DNA of 28,523 nucleotides from the IMG/VR virus record IMGVR_UViG_2061766007_000171; one strand, given 5' to 3'. Source of the stretch: an uncultured virus (IMG/VR IMGVR_UViG_2061766007_000171). Lineage: Duplodnaviria > Heunggongvirae > Uroviricota > Caudoviricetes. Both the position numbers and the translations under genes were made by a program. Shown one piece after another: positions 1 through 7,415 of the stretch; position 1 is the first letter of the stretch; each line of letters opens with the position of its first letter. The notes under the pieces were generated by a model. The model was not told where the DNA came from and did not search any database. It saw only the letters and a program-made list of their open reading frames with translations.

Positions 1-140
1 TGATCCTAGTGCCTTTGCGAGACGTGCCTGTGCAACAAGATCGTTCATCTTGATCTCTGCTTCTTCTAATGTATCGAACGCAGCGGCATATACAGGCCTC
101 GCCTCTTTAGTGGTATAACAATACACTCTGAGCACTTCAT
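1..140 (-). CDS. hypothetical protein, partial (MKCSECICYTTKEARPVYAAAFDTLEEAEIKM...)
   Basis: ATG at 140-138 overlaps the stop of the glutaredoxin gene (ATGA); frame open to the window edge. Confidence 0.6.
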
Positions 141-382
141 GCCCCCCGTATAAGATCCATGTAATCCGGGAGGGTCATGGCGGGCAGTCTACTGCCGTTG
201 ATGATGACCACAGGGAACTGTGCGTTCAGTATCCCCAGATAGGCCATCTCGGCCACATCATCGTCATTATCAGGATCGAACATCCTGCTCTCATATACGA
301 TCTTCTCCTTGTCAAGTATCATCTTGAGATGTTTGCAGTTCGGACAATTCGGTATGCTCAGTATCTTCAAGCTCTCCAGCAT
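137..382 (-). CDS. glutaredoxin/NrdH-like redoxin
   Basis: 81 aa; CPNC motif after a beta strand, cis-Pro-type FPVVIING motif; GGGAG RBS. Confidence 0.8.
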   Translation of the reverse strand: MLESLKILSIPNCPNCKHLKMILDKEKIVYESRMFDPDNDDDVAEMAYLGILNAQFPVVIINGSRLPAMTLPDYMDLIRGA

Positions 383-391
383 TTGGCTCCC

Positions 392-622
392 TCAGTATGT
401 TCCGATATATACCTCAACGATATATAATGTGTTCACAAGATGCACCCTCCCGACTGCATCGTACATCTCAACGAATTGCGGCTTGTCCGCCGACCATTCA
501 TTCAGCTCTTTGACCTTGTTGATCAGCTTCTGCGTCTCCGTAGGCCAATCCTTCAGTGTGTATGTGTATACGCCATTACCTGAATTGATCCTGGCGAATA
601 CAGTGCTTTCTATCACTCTCAT
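392..622 (-). CDS. hypothetical protein (76 aa)
   Basis: ATG 622 overlaps the upstream stop (ATGA), GAGGA RBS; operon-like packing. Confidence 0.65.
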   Translation of the reverse strand: MRVIESTVFARINSGNGVYTYTLKDWPTETQKLINKVKELNEWSADKPQFVEMYDAVGRVHLVNTLYIVEVYIGTY

Positions 623-873
623 TCTGTTCCTCTCCTGTTCCATGCTGAGACCGCCTCTTCCGGTATGTCCACCCTCGACATCAGCCCGCATTCCGGGCAT
701 CTGATCTGTATCTGCCCCTCCACTTCCTCGTCCATCACAGGCTCTTTGCCGCAGCAGGGACAAGGCAGAGGCTTGTCCAGGATCAGCATCTTAAGACGTC
801 TGGCGATGGCAGCCGGTTCCTCGATGTCCAGTCTTTCGATTATCTCCTCAATGTCTTTCTTGTCTATCTCCAT
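619..873 (-). CDS. Lar-family (restriction alleviation) Zn-finger protein
   Basis: LPCPCCG...IRCPECG...EEAVSAWNRR matches the Lar_restr_allev pattern. Confidence 0.75.
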   Translation of the reverse strand: MEIDKKDIEEIIERLDIEEPAAIARRLKMLILDKPLPCPCCGKEPVMDEEVEGQIQIRCPECGLMSRVDIPEEAVSAWNRRGTE

Positions 874-1003
874 CCTTATCCCTCGCTGCCCATTTCGCTT
901 CCACGAGCAAGAATGCCCCATCACGTTCTACCCACATCGTTCCGTCCAGCATCGTCTGTCCGTTGACGAAGTACTCCGGTCTGTCAAAGAATATCTCATT
1001 CAT
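848..1003 (-). CDS. small hypothetical protein (51 aa, MNEIFFDRPEYF...)
   Basis: Translated by hand; ATGA overlap with the upstream gene; fills the gap in the operon. Confidence 0.5.
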   Translation of the reverse strand: MNEIFFDRPEYFVNGQTMLDGTMWVERDGAFLLVEAKWAARDKDGDRQERH

Positions 1004-1293
1004 CTTGCCACCTTCTTTGCGATCTCCTCTGTGAGATCATTCATCCTGTTAAGAAGTTTTAGGAATTCCTTATCTTCAAGGACCTCGTCCCCATCCAATG
1101 CCAGGATGGATTTGGTCAGGAACATGACACCTATGGACATGTCCAGCCCGCTCAGCAAGGCACTCTTCAATTCCTCCAGTCTCTTCCTGGTCTCGAACTC
1201 CTTGACGGCCCTCTCCGCCTCCTCGCGGCGCTTCAGCCTGGCCTCCAGCTTGAGGTCGTCCCTATCCGGGACTATCTTGAAATCCTCGGTCAT
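1000..1293 (-). CDS. hypothetical helical/coiled-coil protein
   Basis: 97 aa; start overlaps the PCNA stop; GGAGG RBS. Confidence 0.7.
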   Translation of the reverse strand: MTEDFKIVPDRDDLKLEARLKRREEAERAVKEFETRKRLEELKSALLSGLDMSIGVMFLTKSILALDGDEVLEDKEFLKLLNRMNDLTEEIAKKVAR

Positions 1294-2021
1294 CAGTATT
1301 CCTCCGGGATCTGCGGTGCCAGGAGCATCCTTGTGTAGAACGTGTCGGTATCCACCGTCAGCTCTATCGGGCAGTTGGTATCGAATCCTACTGTCACGAT
1401 GGCATCCTTCGGCACCGCCAGGATCATCGGTATCAGCGCATCGACGCTGAACCCCGCATGTGCCTGTTCGACCTCCTCCTGCAATGCTACGGTGTCACAT
1501 TCCAGCATGTCCTCGAAGGATTCTCTCTCATCCTCCACCTTGGCGATCAGTCCATTGCCTGTAAGTGTCAGCTCAAGCCCGTTGACGCCTTTGAAGTCCT
1601 TGATCTGCTTCTGTTTGAAGAATTTGATCAGATCCGCAGCCTCGATGAGCATCGTCGACATGGGAGTGTATTTAGGTAATGTCTTCACGGCATCGTTAGC
1701 GTCCAGCCCGTCGAGACGGACGGTCTGCTTGCGTTTGTCGCATGTCACCGTCAGCCTTCCGTCGCCGACGACGATGTCGGGCTGTGTTCCCGGAGTCAGC
1801 GCTTCGGGGAAGAACGCATTCTTCACACTGAACCCATCCCCTTTGACATACCCGTCAGGGAATGCACCCTCCGGCAGCTTGCTGTACACCGCCGAGATCC
1901 TGCTGTCGCTGCGCGACCACACCCCCCAGCCGTCGTCCTCAGGGACTATCGAGATACCGTACGCACCCTGCGAGGCTGCCACGGCACACGCATCCAACAA
2001 TGCATCCGCATCGACCTTCAT
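1293..2021 (-). CDS. pcn: DNA polymerase sliding clamp (archaeal-type PCNA), divergent
   Basis: 242 aa; N-terminal DGWGVWSRSDSRISAVYSKLPEGAF and C-terminal FSVDAL..M..A..V.V.F..N.PI.L....LLAPQI fit the PCNA pattern. Confidence 0.8.
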   Translation of the reverse strand: MKVDADALLDACAVAASQGAYGISIVPEDDGWGVWSRSDSRISAVYSKLPEGAFPDGYVKGDGFSVKNAFFPEALTPGTQPDIVVGDGRLTVTCDKRKQTVRLDGLDANDAVKTLPKYTPMSTMLIEAADLIKFFKQKQIKDFKGVNGLELTLTGNGLIAKVEDERESFEDMLECDTVALQEEVEQAHAGFSVDALIPMILAVPKDAIVTVGFDTNCPIELTVDTDTFYTRMLLAPQIPEEY

Positions 2022-2278
2022 GCCTTCACCTTCCTAGCCTTGGCATTCGTCCTCTGAGGCTGCCTGTCGAAATATTTCGACTTGCATTTAGGGCAATACC
2101 TGGGATAATCCTCGGTTATCGACCCTTTCGGCTTCCACTCATGACCGCAGCGTATGCATCTGCAGTCAAAACTCTCCTCCCCGCACTTGCCGCATCTGTT
2201 GACCTCCGTCCTGGCCGGTGTATACACCATACAGTCTGGACACCACACGAGACGCTTGCCCTCTATGTTCCGTGCCAT
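2018..2278 (-). CDS. multi-Zn-finger protein
   Basis: Four CxxC pairs, including CIRCGHEW...P..CPKCKSKY; likely start ATG 2278 downstream of a TTTATA box. Confidence 0.75.
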   Translation of the reverse strand: MARNIEGKRLVWCPDCMVYTPARTEVNRCGKCGEESFDCRCIRCGHEWKPKGSITEDYPRYCPKCKSKYFDRQPQRTNAKARKVKA

Positions 2279-2289
2279 GTATACGGAAT

Positions 2290-2317
2290 ATACATAGAGG
2301 TATAAATAATATATTAT
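2290..2317 (-). promoter_or_regulatory. archaeal TATA promoter with adjacent ATAATATATTAT palindrome
   Basis: Minus strand reads ATAATATATTATTTATAC about 22 nt upstream of ATG 2278. Confidence 0.55.
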
Positions 2318-2318
2318 C

Positions 2319-2633
2319 TCAAGCCTTCTGCTTCTTGCTCTCGATATAGCCCCATCTGGGATCGTCAGCACTCTTCGGGGTGCTCACATGCTTATACCAA
2401 TCCTCGACCAGCTGACGATCTCCAGGATCCTTACCGAATCCGGACCAGCTCATGAGCTTCTTCATCCCCTCGTGGTCCCTCTTCATCTTCTCATCCATGA
2501 ACGGCTCCCATTCGGCGAAATCCTCGATCGACCTTATAGGTTGTGCCTCATCGCCTTTGAGGAACTTGCTGGCCATCTCAGGGTGGATATCGGCGCCGTG
2601 CCAAGCGTTCATGCGTCCGTCGATGTCGGTCAC
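2319..2633 (-). CDS. hypothetical protein
   Basis: 104 aa; overlaps the upstream stop by 4 nt; GGAG RBS. Confidence 0.7.
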   Translation of the reverse strand: MTDIDGRMNAWHGADIHPEMASKFLKGDEAQPIRSIEDFAEWEPFMDEKMKRDHEGMKKLMSWSGFGKDPGDRQLVEDWYKHVSTPKSADDPRWGYIESKKQKA

Positions 2634-3094
2634 TGCAATTCCTCTGCGATCTCATTGCCTTCGACGTCGACCTTCGGCTGCTCGACAGGGGCCTGCACCG
2701 GCCTCCTCTCTCCGACCTTGCCGCCGAAGAACCTGTCGGTCTGCGCGTCGTCACGCTGCCTCTGGAGCACTCTGGCACCGGGCATGGTGATCATCGCCGT
2801 CCTGTCATTGTCATCGGCGAGGGGTTTGAGAGGATCGGCACGGGTGTGCACGATGACCTTGTCGGTGGGGGTGTATGACGCATCGACGACCTTGCCCATA
2901 CCGAGATGGGGTGCGAAGGCATCTTTCGCCGCCTGCGTGCTGGTATTGGTGCGCGAGGTAGCGTCGAACGCGTCAGCCCCGGCTACGAAGAGATCCTTGG
3001 GCTCTGCGGTCGCCGCCTTGTAGCTGTCGATCCAATACTCCGGGGACTTGGCGAACCTGCCTGCGATGAGGGAGTCGATGTCGGTCATGGTCAC
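2630..3094 (-). CDS. hypothetical protein
   Basis: 154 aa (GTG 3094 or ATG 3088); translationally coupled to its neighbours. Confidence 0.7.
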   Translation of the reverse strand: MTMTDIDSLIAGRFAKSPEYWIDSYKAATAEPKDLFVAGADAFDATSRTNTSTQAAKDAFAPHLGMGKVVDASYTPTDKVIVHTRADPLKPLADDNDRTAMITMPGARVLQRQRDDAQTDRFFGGKVGERRPVQAPVEQPKVDVEGNEIAEELQ

Positions 3095-3609
3095 TCGCGC
3101 CTCTGATATTTCATGATAAGGTCGTCGATGTTGGGGTATGCACCGGGGTGTGCCGCCGACTCGAACTCCCCGACGATCTCAGGCGTAGGCTCGATACCCC
3201 ACGCCTCCAGCATGGACTCCCAATCGTACCCCATGGCCTTCTCCCATTTGGCCCTCTCGGCAGGATCCTCGGGGACCTTATCGAAGGTGTACGCGGTCTC
3301 AGCCGCCTTCTCCTCATCCTCCTTGGCCTTGCCGAGCTCCTCTATGGCCTTCGCCTTGTCCTCTCTGGCCGCAGCTTCCTCGGTGCCTTCGCGCACGTCC
3401 TCTTTGCCTTTAGGTGTGTCAGCCTCCTTGACCTCATCCTCAGTGATCTCCTGCTCGGATTCGTCCTTCTTCTCCTCAGGCACGTCCTCAGAGGCCTGGA
3501 GCTTCTCTGCGTACACATCCTTCCCTACGGAAGGATTCGCCTTTTTGAATCCAGGCTGCGCCTGCTGCCTGGCGTCGATCATGTCGTCAATGCTGATGAA
3601 ATCTGTCAT
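3091..3609 (-). CDS. acidic low-complexity hypothetical protein
   Basis: 172 aa, E/K/A-rich; first gene of the leftward block, TATA box just upstream. Confidence 0.75.
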   Translation of the reverse strand: MTDFISIDDMIDARQQAQPGFKKANPSVGKDVYAEKLQASEDVPEEKKDESEQEITEDEVKEADTPKGKEDVREGTEEAAAREDKAKAIEELGKAKEDEEKAAETAYTFDKVPEDPAERAKWEKAMGYDWESMLEAWGIEPTPEIVGEFESAAHPGAYPNIDDLIMKYQRRE

Positions 3610-3627
3610 GGTATGAAGAATGTGCGG

Positions 3628-3646
3628 TGGGTTTATAAAATATAAG
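3628..3646 (-). promoter_or_regulatory. archaeal TATA box (TTTTATAAA), probably leaderless transcript
   Basis: Minus strand TATTTTATAAACC ends about 22 nt before ATG 3609; no SD. Confidence 0.6.
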
Positions 3647-3788
3647 GGTGGAAGAAGGCGGGAGCACCGGGGGTGCCTCCTGCGGGGAACAGGAAGGCAA
3701 GGGAATATTAGGACACGGACCCGCCCGGCTGTATATATGATACGCGGGTGAGTTAATAAATGTTACTTATAACGTGATGGGTGTTAGA

Positions 3789-3815
3789 TAATATATTATA
3801 TAGATGGGATATGCG
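3789..3815 (+). promoter_or_regulatory. promoter/operator copy 1 (TAATATATTATATA-N4-GGATATGCG)
   Basis: The same 27-bp pattern recurs at 4796-4822. Confidence 0.6.
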
Positions 3816-3891
3816 CAGTAGGTAGAATATTATTGACATTGTAGAATTTGACATGGCAGATTATATATAGTGTGATGACGTACTAAGTGAC

Positions 3892-4641
3892 ATGTCAGGG
3901 AATATTAGTGACATAGAGAAGAGATGGAAGGGCGGTATGACCGTCCGCAGGAGGATAGTGACGTCGGTCGAGGGCGACAAGGCCGAGGTCGAGGAGATGT
4001 CCCGCATGGAGCAATACGCCTCGGAACTGTCAGGCGGAGTACTGAAAGCATTGTGCATGATCTGCGAGAACCCCGGGCTGAAGAAGACCGAGTACGCCGA
4101 AGGTTCCAAGACGGTGTTCAACAACATCACCGAGCTGATGAGGATCGGCCTGATAAAGGAGGAGAGGGAGCCGTATGCCAGATATCCCGGTCTCGCCCCC
4201 ACCGACCAGGGCAGGTCATTGTATACGGGCATGTGGTACGCCAACCACCGCGGGAAGCTGGTGGACGAGATGGAGGCCGCAGGGATACTGATACCGTTCG
4301 TCTTCTGGAAGAAAGGAAATTACACACTGAAGATCCTGGACGACAGCGATGACAACTGCGTGGTATACGAGCTGACCGAGCACCTGGACGGCGGAGGGGA
4401 GATGAAGATGACCATCTGGGATGTGTACATGGATGCCAACGGTGTGATATCGTTCCTCCCCGGCCGCCAGGGCATGTCCTACGGTCAGAGGTTCAACGCC
4501 GACTGGGAGGATGATTTCTGCCTGGACGACAAAGGGACAAGGGAATGTCTGAAGATCATCGCCGAGCACAGTCTGAAGATGGACAGGGAGCTCAGGGAAT
4601 CGAGATACAGGGAGATCTTAGAGGATATCGACACGATGTGA
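3892..4641 (+). CDS. winged-helix domain protein with C-terminal unknown domain
   Basis: ICENPGLKKTE...TVFNNITELMRIGLIKEE...PTDQGR resembles an archaeal MarR-like wHTH; true start may be 3937 or later. Confidence 0.7.
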   Translation: MSGNISDIEKRWKGGMTVRRRIVTSVEGDKAEVEEMSRMEQYASELSGGVLKALCMICENPGLKKTEYAEGSKTVFNNITELMRIGLIKEEREPYARYPGLAPTDQGRSLYTGMWYANHRGKLVDEMEAAGILIPFVFWKKGNYTLKILDDSDDNCVVYELTEHLDGGGEMKMTIWDVYMDANGVISFLPGRQGMSYGQRFNADWEDDFCLDDKGTRECLKIIAEHSLKMDRELRESRYREILEDIDTM

Positions 4642-4795
4642 CGCTCACGCCCCCGGGGTTTTTTCGCTTGCTTGTTTACCCGGGGAGTCTCCGGCATGGC
4701 TGTGCCCGGAGAGATCAAATGGCAGAGAGGGTCTTCCTGGTCGTTCTCCCTCCCTGCCCTAAACCTCTTACCTGCCCTCTGACGGCCGGGCAGGG

Positions 4796-4822
4796 TAATA
4801 TATTATATATACTGGATATGCG
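4796..4822 (+). promoter_or_regulatory. promoter/operator copy 2 (TAATATATTATATA-N4-GGATATGCG)
   Basis: Matches 3789-3815; lies 20-45 nt upstream of ATG 4842. Confidence 0.6.
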
Positions 4823-4841
4823 TATGGTGTATACGGTAGCT

Positions 4842-5180
4842 ATGAAGAGAGGAGAGCTCAAGATCCGGATCGAACAGGTGCTCAGAGAGAAGGGGCCGAT
4901 GAAGTCAGCCGAGATCGCTGCGGAACTGGGCGAGGATCAGAGGACGGTCGCGCACCTGATGAAGTCTATGTCCATGGATGGCAGTATATATGTCGTAAAG
5001 AGAGATCGGAAGAGGGCCAACACCTGGGCGGTGCCCAACTGGTGGGTGGGGAGGACGACGGATATCGTGATCCAGGAACGCGGGACCGGTCGGGAAAGGT
5101 TCGAAGAGATGAGAGCCGATGCAGAGAGCAGATCGCCGGATCCGTGTGAAGGGGATGGCACATCAGGATCCCGGGGGTAA
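4842..5180 (+). CDS. winged-helix DNA-binding protein
   Basis: IEQVLREKGPMKSAEIAAELGEDQRTVAHLMKSM..DG.IY...W is a canonical wHTH pattern. Confidence 0.75.
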   Translation: MKRGELKIRIEQVLREKGPMKSAEIAAELGEDQRTVAHLMKSMSMDGSIYVVKRDRKRANTWAVPNWWVGRTTDIVIQERGTGRERFEEMRADAESRSPDPCEGDGTSGSRG

Positions 5181-5245
5181 TATATTATGGGCGAAATTGG
5201 GTCGCGGTTTTGGACGCCGCCCCCAATATTACAATGGCACCCCTT

Positions 5246-5335
5246 CCCGTAACGCGGGTAATTTGTTTTTATTCAGTTATTTTGTTTTGTTATTGATAGA
5301 AAGATAGATTCGTTCTTTTGTTTCTTTCTTCTTTC
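5246..5335 (+). terminator. hairpin plus long T-rich tract
   Basis: CCCGT-AAC-GCGGG stem followed by several oligo-T runs. Confidence 0.5.
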
Positions 5336-5355
5336 ATTGCAGTGAAAGGAATTAA

Positions 5356-5371
5356 AAATACAATTTATGAA
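5356..5371 (+). repeat. boundary motif copy 1 (AAATACAATTTATGAA)
   Basis: Core shared with five other copies. Confidence 0.75.
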
Positions 5372-5378
5372 ATATTTT

Positions 5379-5521
5379 TGCTCAATAATGAGCAGGAGCG
5401 ATACCAATCAGCAGTACGCACCAGTGTTCACCACCACCCACCACTACCCACGTGGTATGTGGTAAGGCGCGTGACCGTGCATAAAATACAGTTGATGAAG
5501 TATCAGTGCTCAGAAATGAGT
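5379..5521 (+). ncRNA. candidate structured RNA / 5' leader (rod-like hairpin)
   Basis: Nested pairings GATAC/GTATC, ATCAGC/GTTGAT, GCAC/GTGC, TCAC/GTGA, ACCAC/GTGGT, TACC/GGTA; flanked by two similar TGCTCA-N4-TGAG hairpins. Confidence 0.5.
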
Positions 5522-5547
5522 TGAATACGAAAGGAGTATGAAAGAAA

Positions 5548-6099
5548 ATGGCTAAGGAATCAGCTATCGAAATCGCCATCAAAAAAGGCGACGCACGCGC
5601 AATGGCAAAGGACGAAGTATACAACGAGGCCCCTGGCAACAGCATGGAGCCCGAACTGGCTACCCTGAATCTCAGGTACGACGGTTGCTACTACAATGAC
5701 AGGAAGACCCTGGAAAACGGCAAGGTCGACGGAGCGAACCTCAACGCCCGCTTCACCGTGATGAGCGGTAAGACCAAGGGAGCGAAGTTCCACGTGAAGG
5801 CTTACTTCCTCAAATCCAACAACGAGAAGGATGACTACACAACGAAGTTCATCCAGCAGTTGTGCCGTGCTCTTGACGGAAAATCGGACGCGCTGGATGA
5901 CAAGTCCCTTCTGGGAAAGGTCATCAACGCACGTGTCGCATATGACATCGATGTCAAGACCAGGAAGCCGAAAATCCTTGTCCAGAAACTGGATAACAAC
6001 ACCGAAAGGGTCGTCCACCTCTTCAAGGTCTTCGACGTCCGCCAGGCAGTCACCGTCGTCCAGTCCGTCTCTGGAGTCGCGGAGGAGATAGCCAACTGA
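5548..6099 (+). CDS. putative phage ssDNA-binding protein (DUF669-like OB fold)
   Basis: LNARFTVMSGKTKGAKF...IQQLCRALDG...LLGKVINARV resembles DUF669-type SSBs; AGGAG RBS; followed by a terminator. Confidence 0.55.
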   Translation: MAKESAIEIAIKKGDARAMAKDEVYNEAPGNSMEPELATLNLRYDGCYYNDRKTLENGKVDGANLNARFTVMSGKTKGAKFHVKAYFLKSNNEKDDYTTKFIQQLCRALDGKSDALDDKSLLGKVINARVAYDIDVKTRKPKILVQKLDNNTERVVHLFKVFDVRQAVTVVQSVSGVAEEIAN

Positions 6100-6103
6100 A
6101 ACC

Positions 6104-6129
6104 GAGGGGGAAACCCCTCTTCTTTTTTT
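6104..6129 (+). terminator. intrinsic terminator
   Basis: GAGGGG-GAAA-CCCCTC followed by TTCTTTTTTT. Confidence 0.8.
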
Positions 6130-6165
6130 ATTATGCAACCGAGCCCCTGGCAGATAGGAGTGTGA

Positions 6166-6552
6166 ATGAACATGAGTAAAATGGACAGAGAGACATCGTA
6201 CAGAATTGCAAAGAACGCATTGGAACTCATCAGAGATGATGACATCCTTGACACATGGATTGCGCTTTACGCGAACGGCGTGATGGATATGGTCAACCCC
6301 AACATGAAGAAGGAGCACTGCCAAATCGCCTACGCGGACGACGTCACAGACCTCCTGGACGAAATCATGTCCCAGTACGGAGGTGCACTCATCGAAGATG
6401 AGACACTGGACAATGCATTCGACCTAATCTGCTGGAAGTGTAACTCCATCATACAGGACACAATCCTGGAAGGTGAGGAATACACACGCTGGCTGAAGAA
6501 CAACATCGAAGGGCCCAAAATCAAGTTAGACCTTGAGAACGGATGGGCCTGA
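6166..6552 (+). CDS. hypothetical protein
   Basis: 128 aa; AGGAG RBS. Confidence 0.75.
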   Translation: MNMSKMDRETSYRIAKNALELIRDDDILDTWIALYANGVMDMVNPNMKKEHCQIAYADDVTDLLDEIMSQYGGALIEDETLDNAFDLICWKCNSIIQDTILEGEEYTRWLKNNIEGPKIKLDLENGWA

Positions 6553-6565
6553 TTTCACAGTGCTT

Positions 6566-6737
6566 GGGTGAGAGGATGTATTCGCACGATACACCAGCAG
6601 TAGGACTCAGCGACCGTCACAACAAGGTTGTGCTGGTATCCGACGGTCGTATAGCCCTGTCTTGCAGGTTGCCTTGCACTGACGTGCCGCGCTTCGCGCT
6701 TCCGGCAACCATGCTTTTAATTGGGTTCCTCTCACCC
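6566..6737 (+). ncRNA. candidate highly structured ncRNA with pseudoknot (family not recognised; strand assumed from context)
   Basis: Perfect 11-bp closing stem GGGTGAGAGGA/TCCTCTCACCC; internal stems GCGACCGTC/GACGGTCGT, GGTTGCC/GGCAACC, GCAC/GTGC, GCGC/GCGC; CCAGCA/TGCTGG pseudoknot. Confidence 0.7.
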
Positions 6738-6811
6738 TTCACAAACCCTTTCACAACAACCGAGCCCCGCTTAGCAGGGCTCACCACAGACAAGAATCTA
6801 AGGTGATTCAA

Positions 6812-7024
6812 ATGGACGCATTATACACACGCGTAGAGGCTCAGATGAATGAGAGGTTCCCGTTCGACAAGCCCCGTGCACTTGCCCTCACGGACGAAGT
6901 GACAAAGATCCTGGGAACCAACGTGAACGCCAAATGGGACAAGATGGGCGGTGAGCTGTTCTCATCATTCGTCGACGTCGCCATGGAGGACATCGCCAGG
7001 TACAACCCCTGGCTTCTGAGGTGA
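6812..7024 (+). CDS. hypothetical protein
   Basis: AGGTGA RBS before ATG 6812; 70 aa. Confidence 0.7.
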   Translation: MDALYTRVEAQMNERFPFDKPRALALTDEVTKILGTNVNAKWDKMGGELFSSFVDVAMEDIARYNPWLLR

Positions 7025-7028
7025 TACC

Positions 7029-7415
7029 ATGAAGGGAATATCGACTGAGACCTACTTCGACCTTCCTAAGGAAGTCGAGGAACATGTCGGCGATAGAACG
7101 GCTAAAGCTTACCTGAACTACAACAATGTCCGCGGGACATGCCCCTGGATGTGCGCATACGTCATCGTACCCCTCAAGGTCAGAGACGTCGAATGCCACG
7201 GCGGTGTCACATACGGCGAGGAAGATGTCACTGAATACAAGAACGAGATCCCTGGACACAGAGACGTCAAGATACCCAGAGGATATCACGTCATCGGATG
7301 GGATTTCGTTCATTACGATGATGACGAACTTCCCGTCGAGAAGGCAGTCGAATCCGTGAGAAGGACTCTTCAATGGATGATCGCACACAAGATCATCACC
7401 GCGGGGGAAGCATAA
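7029..7415 (+). CDS. conserved phage hypothetical protein (CHGG.TY...GWDF.H motif)
   Basis: CAYV...CHGGVTY...IGWDFVHYDD is a recurring phage/MGE motif; GAGGTGA RBS. Confidence 0.75.
   Translation: MKGISTETYFDLPKEVEEHVGDRTAKAYLNYNNVRGTCPWMCAYVIVPLKVRDVECHGGVTYGEEDVTEYKNEIPGHRDVKIPRGYHVIGWDFVHYDDDELPVEKAVESVRRTLQWMIAHKIITAGEA

Noticed and set aside
665..3645. Long plus-strand ORFs (665-1450, 1342-2037, 2388-3023, 3113-3616 and others)
   Set aside because: They are Ser-rich antisense shadows of the coupled minus-strand genes.
4545..4841. N-terminal extension of ORF 4545-5180
   Set aside because: It overlaps the previous gene, the hairpins and the TATA box; the wHTH begins at ATG 4842.
6566..6737. 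Assignment as tRNA, tmRNA, hammerhead ribozyme or retron msr-msd
   Set aside because: No T-loop GTTCRA or CCA end, no CUGANGA/GAAA core, and no adjacent RT, so it is left unassigned.
6543..6806. 87-aa ORF over the structured RNA candidate
   Set aside because: No convincing RBS, atypical composition, and the sequence is better explained by base-pairing.
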